Part shown: positions 12,523 to 24,301 of the stretch, in pieces
How the letters are laid out: every line of letters starts with the position of its first letter
Position numbering within the stretch: position 1 is the first letter of the stretch
Assembly: GCA_965603825.1 (NCBI GenBank)
Contig: CBFDEM010000028.1
Span: 434,001-498,000, forward strand
DNA: 64,000 bases
Direction: 5' to 3'
Source: Blepharisma stoltei ATCC 30299
Taxonomy: Eukaryota; Protista; Ciliophora
Position numbers and translations under genes: made by a program
Notes under the pieces: generated by a model
What the model saw: the letters and a program-made list of their open reading frames with translations, nothing else
The model's database searches: none
Told to the model about the DNA's origin: nothing

Positions 12523-13965
12523 TTACACGAAAAATGATTTGTTAGTTATGTGTTTTGTTTTATTAAATAAGCACGTCTTGTTAAGTGAATTATTGCTTTT
12601 TTGGTGAATCAAAGTATCTGAGTTCGTTCTGCCGCGCTTTTCTTGGAATAATTTTATTTTGTTACAGTCAATAGAAAGTCGATTTTTTCTTTCTATTGGT
12701 CTTGTCTTTATCACTGGAGAGTTTTCATAAGACGATGAATTAGAAGCATTAGTAGAGGTACTTGAGAAGCTCCTCATCATTCTTTTATTTTTTTTAAATG
12801 ATGAAAACCAGGCTAGCGCTAAAGCACTTTTTGCATTGGGCCTGAGATTTGGGTTGGAATTTGTTAAGGCTAAGATTGTGTTGATAGCTTCTTTGGAGAT
12901 TTGTAACCAGCATTTGTTGTGAAATGACAATAAGCATTCTTTATTTTTTGCGATGATATCTTTTGGTGATTTTCCTGAAAAAGGAGCTCGGGCTGATAGC
13001 ATCATAAATAAAACGACGCCGACACTAAAAATGTCAACTTTTAAACCATAAGGTATTTTTCGTAAAATTTCTGGAGCTACATATCCAGGAGATCCGCAGT
13101 TATCTGTAAGCTCTTCATTTGATATACATGCAAGCCCAAAATCAGTTAGCTTGAAATCTGTCTCTTTTTTGTCAGAAACTAAAAGAATATTTTCTAGTTT
13201 TATATCTCTATGCACAATCTGGTGTTGAGCTAAATAATTTAACAATTTGAGTAGTTTTACAGCGAATTTCGAAGCTTTTTTCTCTGAAAGAGGGCCCTTT
13301 TCTAAGAGTCTTTTCAGTAAATCTCCCCCCTCTACATAGTCCAAAACTAAGTGTACATGAGTGTTTGACTCATAAATCTTATGAAGCTTGATTACATTTG
13401 GATGATCAAGGGTCTTTAATGTAAAAATTTCAGATTTAAGTGCTTCAATAGTGCTTGGTCTTGTCAATAGTGCTTTTGGAATAGACTTTATGGCATACTT
13501 ATTATTATTATCATATAAATCTTGAGCCAGCCATACAGTTGAAAAAGTGCCTTTTCCGATTTGTTTTTTAATATTGTAGTCACTTTCTACTCCAGTCATG
13601 ATACTGATTTTAGACAAATGCTTTATCCAAATGTTTAAATCTTGAGAGGAGTCAACATAAAAATATTTAAAGCTGGAATTTTTTAAAATTCGAAATCCGT
13701 ATTTTATCGAATTTTGTGATTCTTCAGTAAATGGCTCAACAATTCTCCAAGCCAAGTTTATAGCTTTTAATCCTGAACTTTTTGCTGCAAAAAGTGCAGA
13801 GTCGGTAAGAAAACACAGCTTTTCTTTGGAAATTATTGGAGATTTTCGTTCGTAGAGCATTCCTGTGTGCAAAATTGGAGTTATCTCTTTAGGAGTTTTT
13901 ATCTGTGTTGAAACCCAGAATGATTGCTGAGAGTCTTGGTAAAAAGTAGAAAAAACAGAATCCAT
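12523..13965 (-). CDS. CAMK-group Ser/Thr kinase with N-terminal PH-like domain
   Basis: GKGTFS, AIK, HRDIKLEN, DFG, GSPGYVAPE. Confidence 0.93.
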   Translation of the reverse strand: MDSVFSTFYQDSQQSFWVSTQIKTPKEITPILHTGMLYERKSPIISKEKLCFLTDSALFAAKSSGLKAINLAWRIVEPFTEESQNSIKYGFRILKNSSFKYFYVDSSQDLNIWIKHLSKISIMTGVESDYNIKKQIGKGTFSTVWLAQDLYDNNNKYAIKSIPKALLTRPSTIEALKSEIFTLKTLDHPNVIKLHKIYESNTHVHLVLDYVEGGDLLKRLLEKGPLSEKKASKFAVKLLKLLNYLAQHQIVHRDIKLENILLVSDKKETDFKLTDFGLACISNEELTDNCGSPGYVAPEILRKIPYGLKVDIFSVGVVLFMMLSARAPFSGKSPKDIIAKNKECLLSFHNKCWLQISKEAINTILALTNSNPNLRPNAKSALALAWFSSFKKNKRMMRSFSSTSTNASNSSSYENSPVIKTRPIERKNRLSIDCNKIKLFQEKRGRTNSDTLIHQKSNNSLNKTCLFNKTKHITNKSFFV

Positions 13966-14463
13966 TTTAAATTTATTTTGACTTAATATACTAATTAATT
14001 ACCGATGCTTATCTGATATCTGCAAAATTTCTAAGTATTTATATGAGAAAATAAAGCTCTAATTAAAGGGATTGAGAGATATATTTCAAAGAATCTTAAA
14101 CACGATAAAACTACAAATTAATCTAAATATTTAAATTTTTTTACTTTGGCTAATTTTAATTTGTCTAAATAAAAACAATAAATTTATCAAGCATAAATGC
14201 TTTATAAATTAATCTGTTGCCTAATTTAATTCTTTTCAATCCTCAAAAAATATGTTCGCCATTTTTCAAGAGTCTTCATAATTATGCTTTTATAATAATT
14301 CACCTTTTTGAAAATCACTTCTAACTTTTTACTATTAAAATCTATTTTAAATGATTTAATTTTTATTTTAAAATTTCTCAAAAATAATTTATCTAAAGCA
14401 TTTTATCGAAAAATCCCATTAATTTAATTATTATCACAGCAAATTTTGCTGAATTTTTATCGT

Positions 14464-15822
14464 TTAAAATTTGATTCTTTGATGATAATTCTCAGCAAAA
14501 AAAATCAGATTTGAATCAATTAGTTCGTTTCTTTCCTTCCCATAGCTATCTTCTGTATATCCAATATTTGCATGCCTTCTATATACATTGGATAGTTCCG
14601 AATGAATCTCATGAATATGGATTCTTTTGAATTTTTGGCTTAATTTTTCTTTTGTAAACCATCTCAGCCGAAGTAGCTCTTTAGCAGATGGTCGGGAAGA
14701 AGGATCAGAGTTTGTCATTTCCATAATAACACGTATGGAATCTGGCGAAATCATCATAAAGTGCTTGCTGTCAAATACAATTGAGCCTTGCTTGTTGCTC
14801 TCTATCATTTCATTTTCAGAATCTCCACAAAATGGAGCTTGGTTGGATAAAATCATGTACAAAATGATCCCAGCGCTGAAAATATCAACTTTCAGCCCAT
14901 AAGGAATATTTTTTAATATTTCAGGAGCCATATACCCGGGCGTCCCACAATATGCGGTTGATTTGTCTTGCAAAATTTCTGAAAATCCAAAATCAATTAG
15001 CTTGAAATCTGAAATTTTGGTATCAGAAGTCAGCAAAATGTTTTCAAGCTTGATGTCTCTATGGACTATATCCCTTTCTTCTAGATAATTAAGCAGCCCT
15101 AAGAGCTTTTCCATAAATTTCTTTGATTGCTTTTCTGATATCGGCCCTCTTGCATGCAATCTTGATAAAAGGTTGCCGCCTTTTATATAATCTAGAACCA
15201 AATAAATATGAGTATCCGACTCATACACCCTATGGAGCTTTATAATATTGGGATGGTCCAAATTTCTGAGGATCTCAATTTCATTAATCATCCCGAAATA
15301 AATATTTTTGCCTTTAATTAGTGACTTATCAATTGCTTTTATTGCAAACTCTTTATTTGTACAGAGGTCTCGAGAGAGGTATACAGTTGCATAACTCCCT
15401 GAGCCGAGGATTTTAAGTATCTCATAGTCATCTTCAACCTTGGTCATAATCCCAACTGCTGCCAAAGAATCAAGCCAGTTATCAAGCTCATGGCTGGAAT
15501 TTGTGTAAAAGTATTTCGTGTGGTGATTTCATAAAATTTGGAATCCATAGTTAATTGAATTTTTCGTTTCTTCTACAAATGGGTCTATAGTGCGGAATCT
15601 TATAGTAGCTTGCTTGTCTGGCTTTGAATTTTCAGATTTAGCTGAAAATAGGTATTTTGAGCTTAAAGAAAAAAATTTTTCTTTTAATTTTCCTGACGAT
15701 TTAAGCTCAGTCAGCTTTCCCTGATAAATGATTTTTTCTAATTCTAAGTCGTTAGAATTTTCTGATTTTTTTCAGAACGAGTTCTCATGCTGGGTATTAA
15801 TTTTTTCGAAAATAGATCTCAT
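14464..15822 (-). CDS. CAMK-group kinase, tandem paralog of 12523-13965
   Basis: Frame extends through two TGA to ATG 15822; MRSIF..NSFW(TGA) aligns with paralog MDSVF..QSFW; HRDIKLEN, DFG, APE. Confidence 0.92.
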
Positions 15823-17148
15823 GGTTTTATTTATTATTAAGTATGTGCTCCATTTATTCAGCGAGCACAGTAAATATGGATGCAACGCAGCCTAGATTGC
15901 GTGCTGGTGGAAATCTGAAAAAGATAATTTTTAAGTTTGAAAAGTCAGCGAACTGGCCAGTTGTCCGATATATCAATTTATTTGAGATTTAAAATTTAAA
16001 ATTTAATAAAATATTAGAGGAATTTAAAATAATTTATTGTTTAATGGGATAGATTTAATTTCTATACCATTCATATATGATGAGCTTTGAGTTTAAAATT
16101 TAAATATCAAGCTTAATAATTGAGCTTGGCATTTTGGTGATGTGAATGCCATGTCTAGAACATATTGAGCTTATTGAGCTCAGATGAGAAGCTATAAATA
16201 AGCCTTCATTCTTTTTAATTCATAAATCTTAAAGTCGATTGATATCTCAAATAAGAAGATATTTAAAGAATAAATTGTGGGCCATTATTTCTCTATTTAA
16301 TATCAAAGATATATGCTATCACCTGAGCATTTATTCGATGATCTTGAAATTAAAATGGCTCAATAGAAGACAAGACTTAAAAAAATGCTTTAAGGAAGCC
16401 CTTAAAAGATTAAAAGTGAAAGCGAGCTAGAGTTTTCTAATAAAAAAGTTATATTTTGAGAATTAAAATGCTGTGAGTAATCTAAATTTTGGATTCGAGT
16501 CAAATTTCAGGCAAGCATCCAGCAAGTTAAAATTGCAAATTTCTGAATCTTTCGAATGGAAAAGATTATTATGTGTTTTTATTTGAGCTTTTAAATTTCT
16601 TTAATCTAATATTAATCAACAGTGGAATTTTGTATTAAAATGCTGACAAAGCTCATTCAAATGATTAAAAATAGCGTGATCTAAAAATAATATACTATTC
16701 TATTCTATTCAATGCTCTCAAAGTGCTTTGCATAGCTAAAATACTTAGAAATTTATATTCACACTATATAAATCAAAAATACACAAAATATTTTACTTCT
16801 CACTTATATATTTTATAAATTCGATAGACTTACATTTAATTATAAATAAATTATTCCCAATATTAATTTTTATTAATTCTATCTTTTATTTATAAATCTA
16901 TAATGCAGAGAAGTTGCATGGAGTTTATTAACTAGAACTTTTTATGATTTATTAGAATTTATTAAAATAAAGAATAAATAAATTCCACTTTTGAACCTAT
17001 GCTGCAACATTGAAGCATGATTTATAAAAAATCTTTGACAATTAGAAAAATCCTAAAACCCAAAGCTTTACAATGCATTATATTATATTATGCACAATAA
17101 GCTTTATATAACCATACTATTTGTAATATTCATAAGTAATTAAAACCT

Positions 17149-17757
17149 ATGAGAGTTTATGCTGTCTGTTTAGTAAGTACTTTACCTCCCTACGAATCCC
17201 AAGGCAGCATTCTAAGCTGATCCCAAAAATTTCCTAAAAAATTCATACTCCACAAAAAGACCCTTGCAGAAACTTGCTGGTTTTTATCCAAAACTTTATC
17301 ATTATTTTGCCAGCCCGGTACAAAAACTTCCACAATCCAAGAAGAAATGCAGATTTGTGTCCATCACAGAGAAGATCATTTATCATGCGTAGTGTTCACT
17401 AATGTCGATTACCCTAAAAGAGTAGCGTTTGCATTAGCATTTCAAGCAATGGAACAATTTTCTACAGTTTTCAGAGATAGATGAAGGGAGCAAGCCAGAA
17501 AGGACGCTCTTTATGAATTCCCACAGTTGCAAAGATTGCTAAATGACTATCAAAATCCTAGCAATCATGATTCTATTGCGAGGGCAATTGAAAACTCTGA
17601 TGCAGCAATAGAAGTTATAACTGGGACACTTAATAGGATTCTTATTAGAGGTGAAACTATAGGAGAAATTGCTATGAAAAGTGAAGAACTCAGTGCAAAA
17701 TCAAAGATCTTTTATAATGAATCGAAAAAGGCAAAAAGGTGCTGCATCATTTTTTAA
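17149..17757 (+). CDS. YKT6: Ykt6 longin R-SNARE
   Basis: Longin DYPKRVAF, SNARE motif RGETIGEIAMKSEELS, C-terminal CCIIF prenylation box; two TGA-Trp. Confidence 0.88.
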
Positions 17758-17909
17758 GTATGTGACATACATTTAAACAGTTAAGTATAAATGCTATGCT
17801 TAAAATATCTTTTACTCCTTGATATTTTACGTTTTTTACTTTTCTAGGAAAATATAAGCTTAAATTACAATAAAAATATTTGATTAATCCAGATAAATTT
17901 TGTCGCGGA

Positions 17910-18317
17910 TTAGTCTGATTTAAATGATACTAACTTTTCTATATCTTTTAATGTGACCCTCCCATCCCCATTGCTATCTACTTCAGAAAACACAGATGTC
18001 CTTACATTTTGAGGTGTGTGAGGTATATAGCTATCACATAGCTCATTAAATACATTTCAATTGATAAATCCTTCATTCTGAAGATCCAAGGCTTGTAAAA
18101 TCTCTAAAGCTCTATCAGGAGTTTCTTGCATTTTCACTATCCCTACAAAATCAGGAAATGTAAAAGTTTTGGAATATTGCTCTTTAAGCCTATTCATATA
18201 GATTTTGCTGGGCTTGTTTCCAGTTATGTAAATTAATGCACACCGAAGCTGATGTGGGGTTAAGTGCTCCTTTTTATCCTGGTCAAAATAATCGAAAATT
18301 TCTCTTAAGTTCTTCAT
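17910..18317 (-). CDS. Small EF-hand protein (EFCAB11/calmodulin-like)
   Basis: FDYFDQDKKEHL, DLQNEGFIN-W(TGA), DSNGDGRVTLKD loops. Confidence 0.82.
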
Positions 18318-18675
18318 AATATGAAATTCAATAATTATGCAAATCATTTTTGAGTAGCTTTTGAAGAGTGCTAGGACAAAATAGAAGCTAAAAACACTAA
18401 GATATGAAGAATAGTTTTAGCATTAAACAAACTACAATAATACTATAAGCAAATTCAATAAAGCCAAAATTATTTTGATTAAAATTATTGCCACTGAAAC
18501 TGATTAAGCGTAAAAATAAGAATAGTTGTGCAATCACTACATTAAGAATTCAGTTAATTTTTCTTCAAGCTCTTTCTCACTTCATAGAAATATTAATATT
18601 GAGATTATAATATTTTTGAGTAAAAATATAACCGAAATAAAATTTAATAAATATTAAAAGAAGTTACAATTTCTT

Positions 18676-20214
18676 ATGAGAAGTAAAAGAAACTCATCCA
18701 TGCATGATTTAGAAGTCGATTTAATGCCAGCCCATCTCACAGCAAGAGATAGCCCTCATATAAGCTCTATCGCCCACAAGGAAACGCTTCTTTTTGACTC
18801 GATTCGGCGATCCTCTTTAAACCCATCTGCAGAAAAAACGATAAAGCATGCTAGACACAATTCAATGAAAATTTTACAGTCTCCAAGCGGTTCTAATTGA
18901 GGATCTGTTGATAATAAGACTTATAAACCAACTCATGTAAGATCAGGGAGCGACTTATCATATTTAATAATCCCCACTCGATCCTCAGTGCCATCGTCCC
19001 CTACTAGCTATAAACTGGGACCTGGATACTATAACGTATCATTAAGCACTCTAGCAGGCCCTTCTTTCCAATTTTCTACACTGTCAAGATTTTCTAATAA
19101 AGATGCATATTTATATCTTCCAGCTATAAATAAGCAGCCGCCTAACGAAGCTACAAGAAAAGAAAAATTCAAAGAAATTATTAGAGACAACAAAAACATG
19201 TACAAATATATCCCTGAAAATCGGATAAAAACTATACAAGAAAGAGCAGTTGCTGAATCAACAAGAATAGTTGAAGCTATACACAAAAAACAAGACATTT
19301 TACTTACAAAAAAATTAGAAAAAATTTTAAATTTTGAAAGCAAACAGCGAAGATTTGAATTTAAGCTAAAACGAGACGAAGTGACCAAGATTTACAAATC
19401 TTGAATAGCCTTAAATGTTGTCTTTGGTTGGGCTGCTGATGCTAATGTGAAATATTTGCACCGAAAAGATTTACATGAGAGATCTCAAGGAGTCTTAAAG
19501 CAGCTAATGATCCTTTGTCTGGCAGTCGGGAAGTTCAAGAGGCTTCATAAAAGAGTTAAAGTGATACAAGCTATCAGGACATTTAGAAGAATGAAGGCTC
19601 CTGCAGTAAAATGGGTCAAAAATATCAAAAATCATCATCGATCAAGGATATGTGAGCTTGCCGAAAGAGCGCTGTCTAAAGACGTCATGTTTAATCTGAT
19701 GGCAGCTTTTATCAGGACAGTCATTTTTATTCAGAGAACTATGAGATGCATTGTAAAGCAGAGACAGCAAGGACTTATGATCAAACACTTATTATGGAAT
19801 AAAGTGGAGTATAGAATGTATGTTGAGCACTGTGTGAAAAAGCATACATTGCCGAAGTCTGAACTTGATAAAAGAATCAGTTTCCAAGCAATTCAAGGCC
19901 GTTCTTCTATACCAGTTCCTGTAAAGGAATTTGTAATTAAACAAAATTTAAAGCTGAGAAGAGACGCTTATATGGAGTCATTAAAAAACTATAAAAAAAC
20001 ATGCCAACAGCTAAAGGAAAACTATGAAAAAACTCGTTATAAAAGAGAAGCAGATGCAGCACTTTATAGCCGAAAAGTTGAAGAATTGCAGTTGCCATCA
20101 AAACCACAACCGAGTTATGTATTTTCTGAGCAAGATTTTAGAAAAATGATCAATGAAACTGAGCAGAAAAGAGGTGAGTGGGATGAAATAATAAAAAAAA
20201 CACAGAATAAATAA
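18676..20214 (+). CDS. Hypothetical basic protein (512 aa) with a PGPGYY-like motif and an IQ-like segment
   Basis: Three in-frame track ORFs joined by TGA 18898 and 19402; LGPGYY; IFIQRTMR. Confidence 0.75.
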
Positions 20215-20221
20215 GAATAAA

Positions 20222-21286
20222 TTAAAGCTTTTTTAATGTTTCTTGGACTACTTTTAAGACATATTGATTACGAAATCTTACTGAGCCATTCAGATACTCT
20301 TGGGCGAGACCTAGGTCTTTTAGCTCTTTGGCTAAAACAGTTGCAGCAAAAATGTCACCTAAAGGTCGGCTTTGATTAATTAAGCTTATTGAGTGACTTA
20401 AATCCTTTCTTAGGTCAGGGTTTTTGGCAAGTAGATTTTGTAGTTTTCCTTGGATTTCTTGCTTTTTATGCTCCAAAAATGTGTGTGCTTTTTCTTTGTT
20501 CTTCATCATCTCAAATGAATATTCTAAATTAGGACCAACTTCCTCATAAATTGTGGAGACTTCACGGAAATCATATCCTTCAATATTTGATAAAATTTTT
20601 AAATAATTGTCTTTAGATAATGGATAGAGAGATTGTATTTCTGGTTCTCCAAAGCTATAAGCATATTTAGCTAGACTTGCGTCGTTTAAAGCTATCAATA
20701 CTTCTGCAGCGTTATTTTTAAATAAATCTCATAAATATTTTCAAAAATACTCTTGGATTTGATTTGGTACTTTTTCAATCCCATCTACAATTATATAATG
20801 TTTTTCTTTGCTTTCATCATTTTGTATTGCTTTTGTTATAAATTTAAACCATTTCAAAACTTCAAAGGCTTCTAATTCGCTATCAGATTTGAACTGATTT
20901 ACAGTTTCTTTTAGATCAGGCTTTATGTCAATTCGCAAAGATTTCCTTGGGTAAATTTTACTTTCGATCTCACTTAAAAGTAAAGATTTTCCAGTTTGAG
21001 GCTGATCAAAAAGAACGACAATTGATTTTGGAAATTTTTCAAAGATTTCTTCGCACTCTTGAGGTCTGGAAACTCCATTAAATTCCTTAGGCTTTGAAAA
21101 AGCGTCTTGAATAGATTTTATTCGTTGCTTACGAGATGATTCTGGATCTCTTTTGTAGTTTATGTAAGAATATGCAGCTCCGCAGCAGCCGAAGGCAAGA
21201 GTATAATAAATTAGGTTATTTCTGAAAAATCTGTATTTAAATGAGCTGAAAGATCGAGAGCTGCGAAATAAATTCCTTGATAGCAT
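20222..21286 (-). CDS. Probable mitochondrial membrane-anchored P-loop/AAA-like protein
   Basis: R/S-rich presequence, one TM helix, DQPQTGKS Walker-A-like, YIIVDG Walker-B-like; two TGA join the track ORFs. Confidence 0.7.
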
Positions 21287-21927
21287 TTATTTTATTAATT
21301 AATTTTATGAAGCTACTGCATATAAAAGATTTTTCGAGAATTTAGATGTTTTTGAAAATAAACCAAATATTATTGCAGCCTCGCATTCAATATCAAAGAG
21401 AGATTTAATTAACTTAAAATGATGTTAAAATTTTAGAAGAATTGCATAAGCCTGAGCCAAAAGCAGGCTCAGGCGATGCCAATTAAAATAATATAACAAA
21501 ATAAGAATCGAAAACTTTGTAAAAATGCAAATATCGATAATAAGCTCTTACTTCAAAAAAAAATTAATCACAAGTATTTATTTTCTTAAAATAAAATATT
21601 TTTAGGTCTTTGAATTTTTTATTTTAAATTTAAGGAAAAAGAATAAAATATAGTAAAATTCCCTTTTAAATTCTGAATTAAATTATTTCTCTCTTTTAAT
21701 TTTTCATAATTTATATTTTTTTTTACTCTATTGGCATTCAGTTCATTCACATTTATTTTATTGTAATGTTCCTATTTCTAAAATTTACAATCCTTATCTA
21801 GCCAAGCATAATTTGGCCTAAGTCCTTATATTGTAAAATTTAATAAGAGAAATCTAATTAATATCTAAAGCTCAAAACTAAGCATGTATAGTTCATAGGT
21901 TTCTCCTGCAATTTAAAAAATATCAAA

Positions 21928-24042
21928 ATGGATGAAATAGGCTTTAAAAATAAGAAAGACCTTAAAAGAAGATGGTCAGCTTTATCAATAATGCAAAGAG
22001 TATCGAAAAGGAAAAGAAGTCTGTTTTGACCACCTGAAAGAGAGGAATCCTTAGCTTTATCGCATTACAGCTTTTTTCCAAGCAAAGATGTGATAAAGCA
22101 TAAAGAGAAGCAAGACAGGCTCGTTTTTAATCCTACCAGTTTATTAAGAGTTGTATGAGATACTATAATTTCTGCACAAGCAGTCTACTTAGCTATTACA
22201 ATACCTTTTTCTTTGAGTTTTTGACAAAAGATAGACAAGAACCTTATCATTCCCTTTGAAATTTGTTTTATGATTGATTTTCTTTTAAATTTTAACACAG
22301 CTTGCTATATCCATGGGGTTTTGGTCGCAGATAGAAAAAGGATATTTATTCATTATTTGTCAACCTATTTTTTATGAGATTTTTTATCAGTAGTACCTTA
22401 TGAATGGTTTCTAAATGATATGGAGCCAGACTCTGGCGAGCGTTTTCGGTTTGATTACTGGCATTGGCCTCGATTATTTTGATTAATGCGATTAACAAGA
22501 ATGACAAAACTAAGAAGATTAATTTACAATGTCGAAGACAATTATCCAAATCCTCTTATATATTTTATTACTCGTACTTTAATATTTTTACTACTTGCAT
22601 TTTTATCGTGCCATTGAATAGCATGTATTATGCATACTGCGTGATATTATTCTCTAAGCTATAATGGCGATATGTGGCAATCCTATATAGAAGGCATAAG
22701 GGAGCAATATTTGGCTAAACTTGAGCAAGTTGTAGTAACAATGCTTACAGTCGGATACGGAAATATGACTCCAAAATCTATTCCTGAAAAAATTGTTACC
22801 ATCATTATTGAGGGTTGTGCCTCAGGATTTCTCGGGTATTTAGTAGGAGGTATTATAAGTACTATTAGGTATTCTGCTAAAGATTCAATATATTTTGTCG
22901 GATTAAAACGAAAAATGAACATTTATTTACACAAACATCACATTCCTCAACCTTTAGGGAGAAAAATCATGGCTTATATAGATCATCTTTACCAGTATCA
23001 GAAACAAAATATTTTAGATGAGCAAGAAATATTAAGCTCTTTATCACAACCAATGCAAAGAGAAATTTACATTAAAACTCGAGGAGACCTTCTAATTAAA
23101 AGTGCTCCATTTCGAGACTACTCTTATAAATTTCTAAAATATCTTGGCCAAAAGCTGGAAGTTGAACTATTTTCACCTTCTGACTTGATTTTTAAGCAAG
23201 GAGAGAAGAATGACGCTATATATTTAGTTAGGCAAGGATCAGTAGAAATTTTTCATCACTCAACTGGAACAGTTTATACTGAAATTCGAGAAGGAAAATA
23301 TTTTGGGGAGATTTCGTTTTTTCTAGGGAGAAAAAGATGTGCTTCTGCAAGGTCTGCGGAATTTTCAGAGCTCTTTAGCTTAAATCGCGAATTTTTTCAA
23401 AAAATGTTATTAAAATTGCCAAAAGAGCAAGAATTGACAAATATTATTGTGAATAATTGCAAAGGAAAAGACCTGAGCTATTTAGGAGTTAGATGCTATT
23501 ATTGCCTTAAAATGGGCCACGTTGTGGAAGAATGCAACGAAATTGTGTATAAAACTGATCATGATTCTGTTATAAAAAGAGCAAATTTTCTGAAAAATGC
23601 TGGGAAAAGGATTTCAAGGAAAGATATAGATTCCGAAAGAAGGCGTGAAGTGGTTGTGTTAAGACGTCACAGCCTTCAAAATATTCATGGAGGAGAAATA
23701 GATCCTATGGAGCAGTATCAAAATAGAAAAACTTTAATAGCTAAAGTCAAAGGCTATGATATACGTAAAATATGTAAGGGAAGGTCAAGAGAAACAATGA
23801 TTACTGTTCTAAAAGATGACAAAGAAGACACAGAAGAAAAAAACTATTACCCGAATATACCAAATTATTTGCAATTCAGCAAAAATTACACTACAAAACA
23901 TAAAAATAGGACCCTAGAAAGTCCATTGAAAGGTTCATTAATCCATTTATCTGCCGAGTACTTTTCAGGTGATGAACACGACAGAAAAAAGAAAAAAATT
24001 TCTGATGGAAATGAAACAATGAACTCAAGTCTTGAAATTTAG
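21928..24042 (+). CDS. Cyclic-nucleotide-binding 6TM cation channel with C-terminal CCHC zinc knuckle (copy 1)
   Basis: S4 RLFWLMRLTRMTKLRR, TVGYG filter, CNBD GKYFGEISF..RCASAR, CYYCLKMGHVVEEC; about 7 TGA-Trp in the 5' third. Confidence 0.9.
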
Positions 24043-24301
24043 TGTTTTGATATATAGAAATATCAATTATAGGCAAATGAATCACATAATTAACGTTGGG
24101 TTTTATTGTATTATTAAGCCGTTTGAGAATAAAAACTATTAGTTATAGATTTTGTTGCTTACAATGAATTAAAACAAAAAAATAAAATTTGAATTTTATT
24201 ATAGAATAAGATATTATCTTTTAAAGTCTTAATTGTCATAATAACTTCTTTTAAATATAAATCTGCAAAGAACATTTTCAAAAACATTCTGCTTGATTAA
24301 T

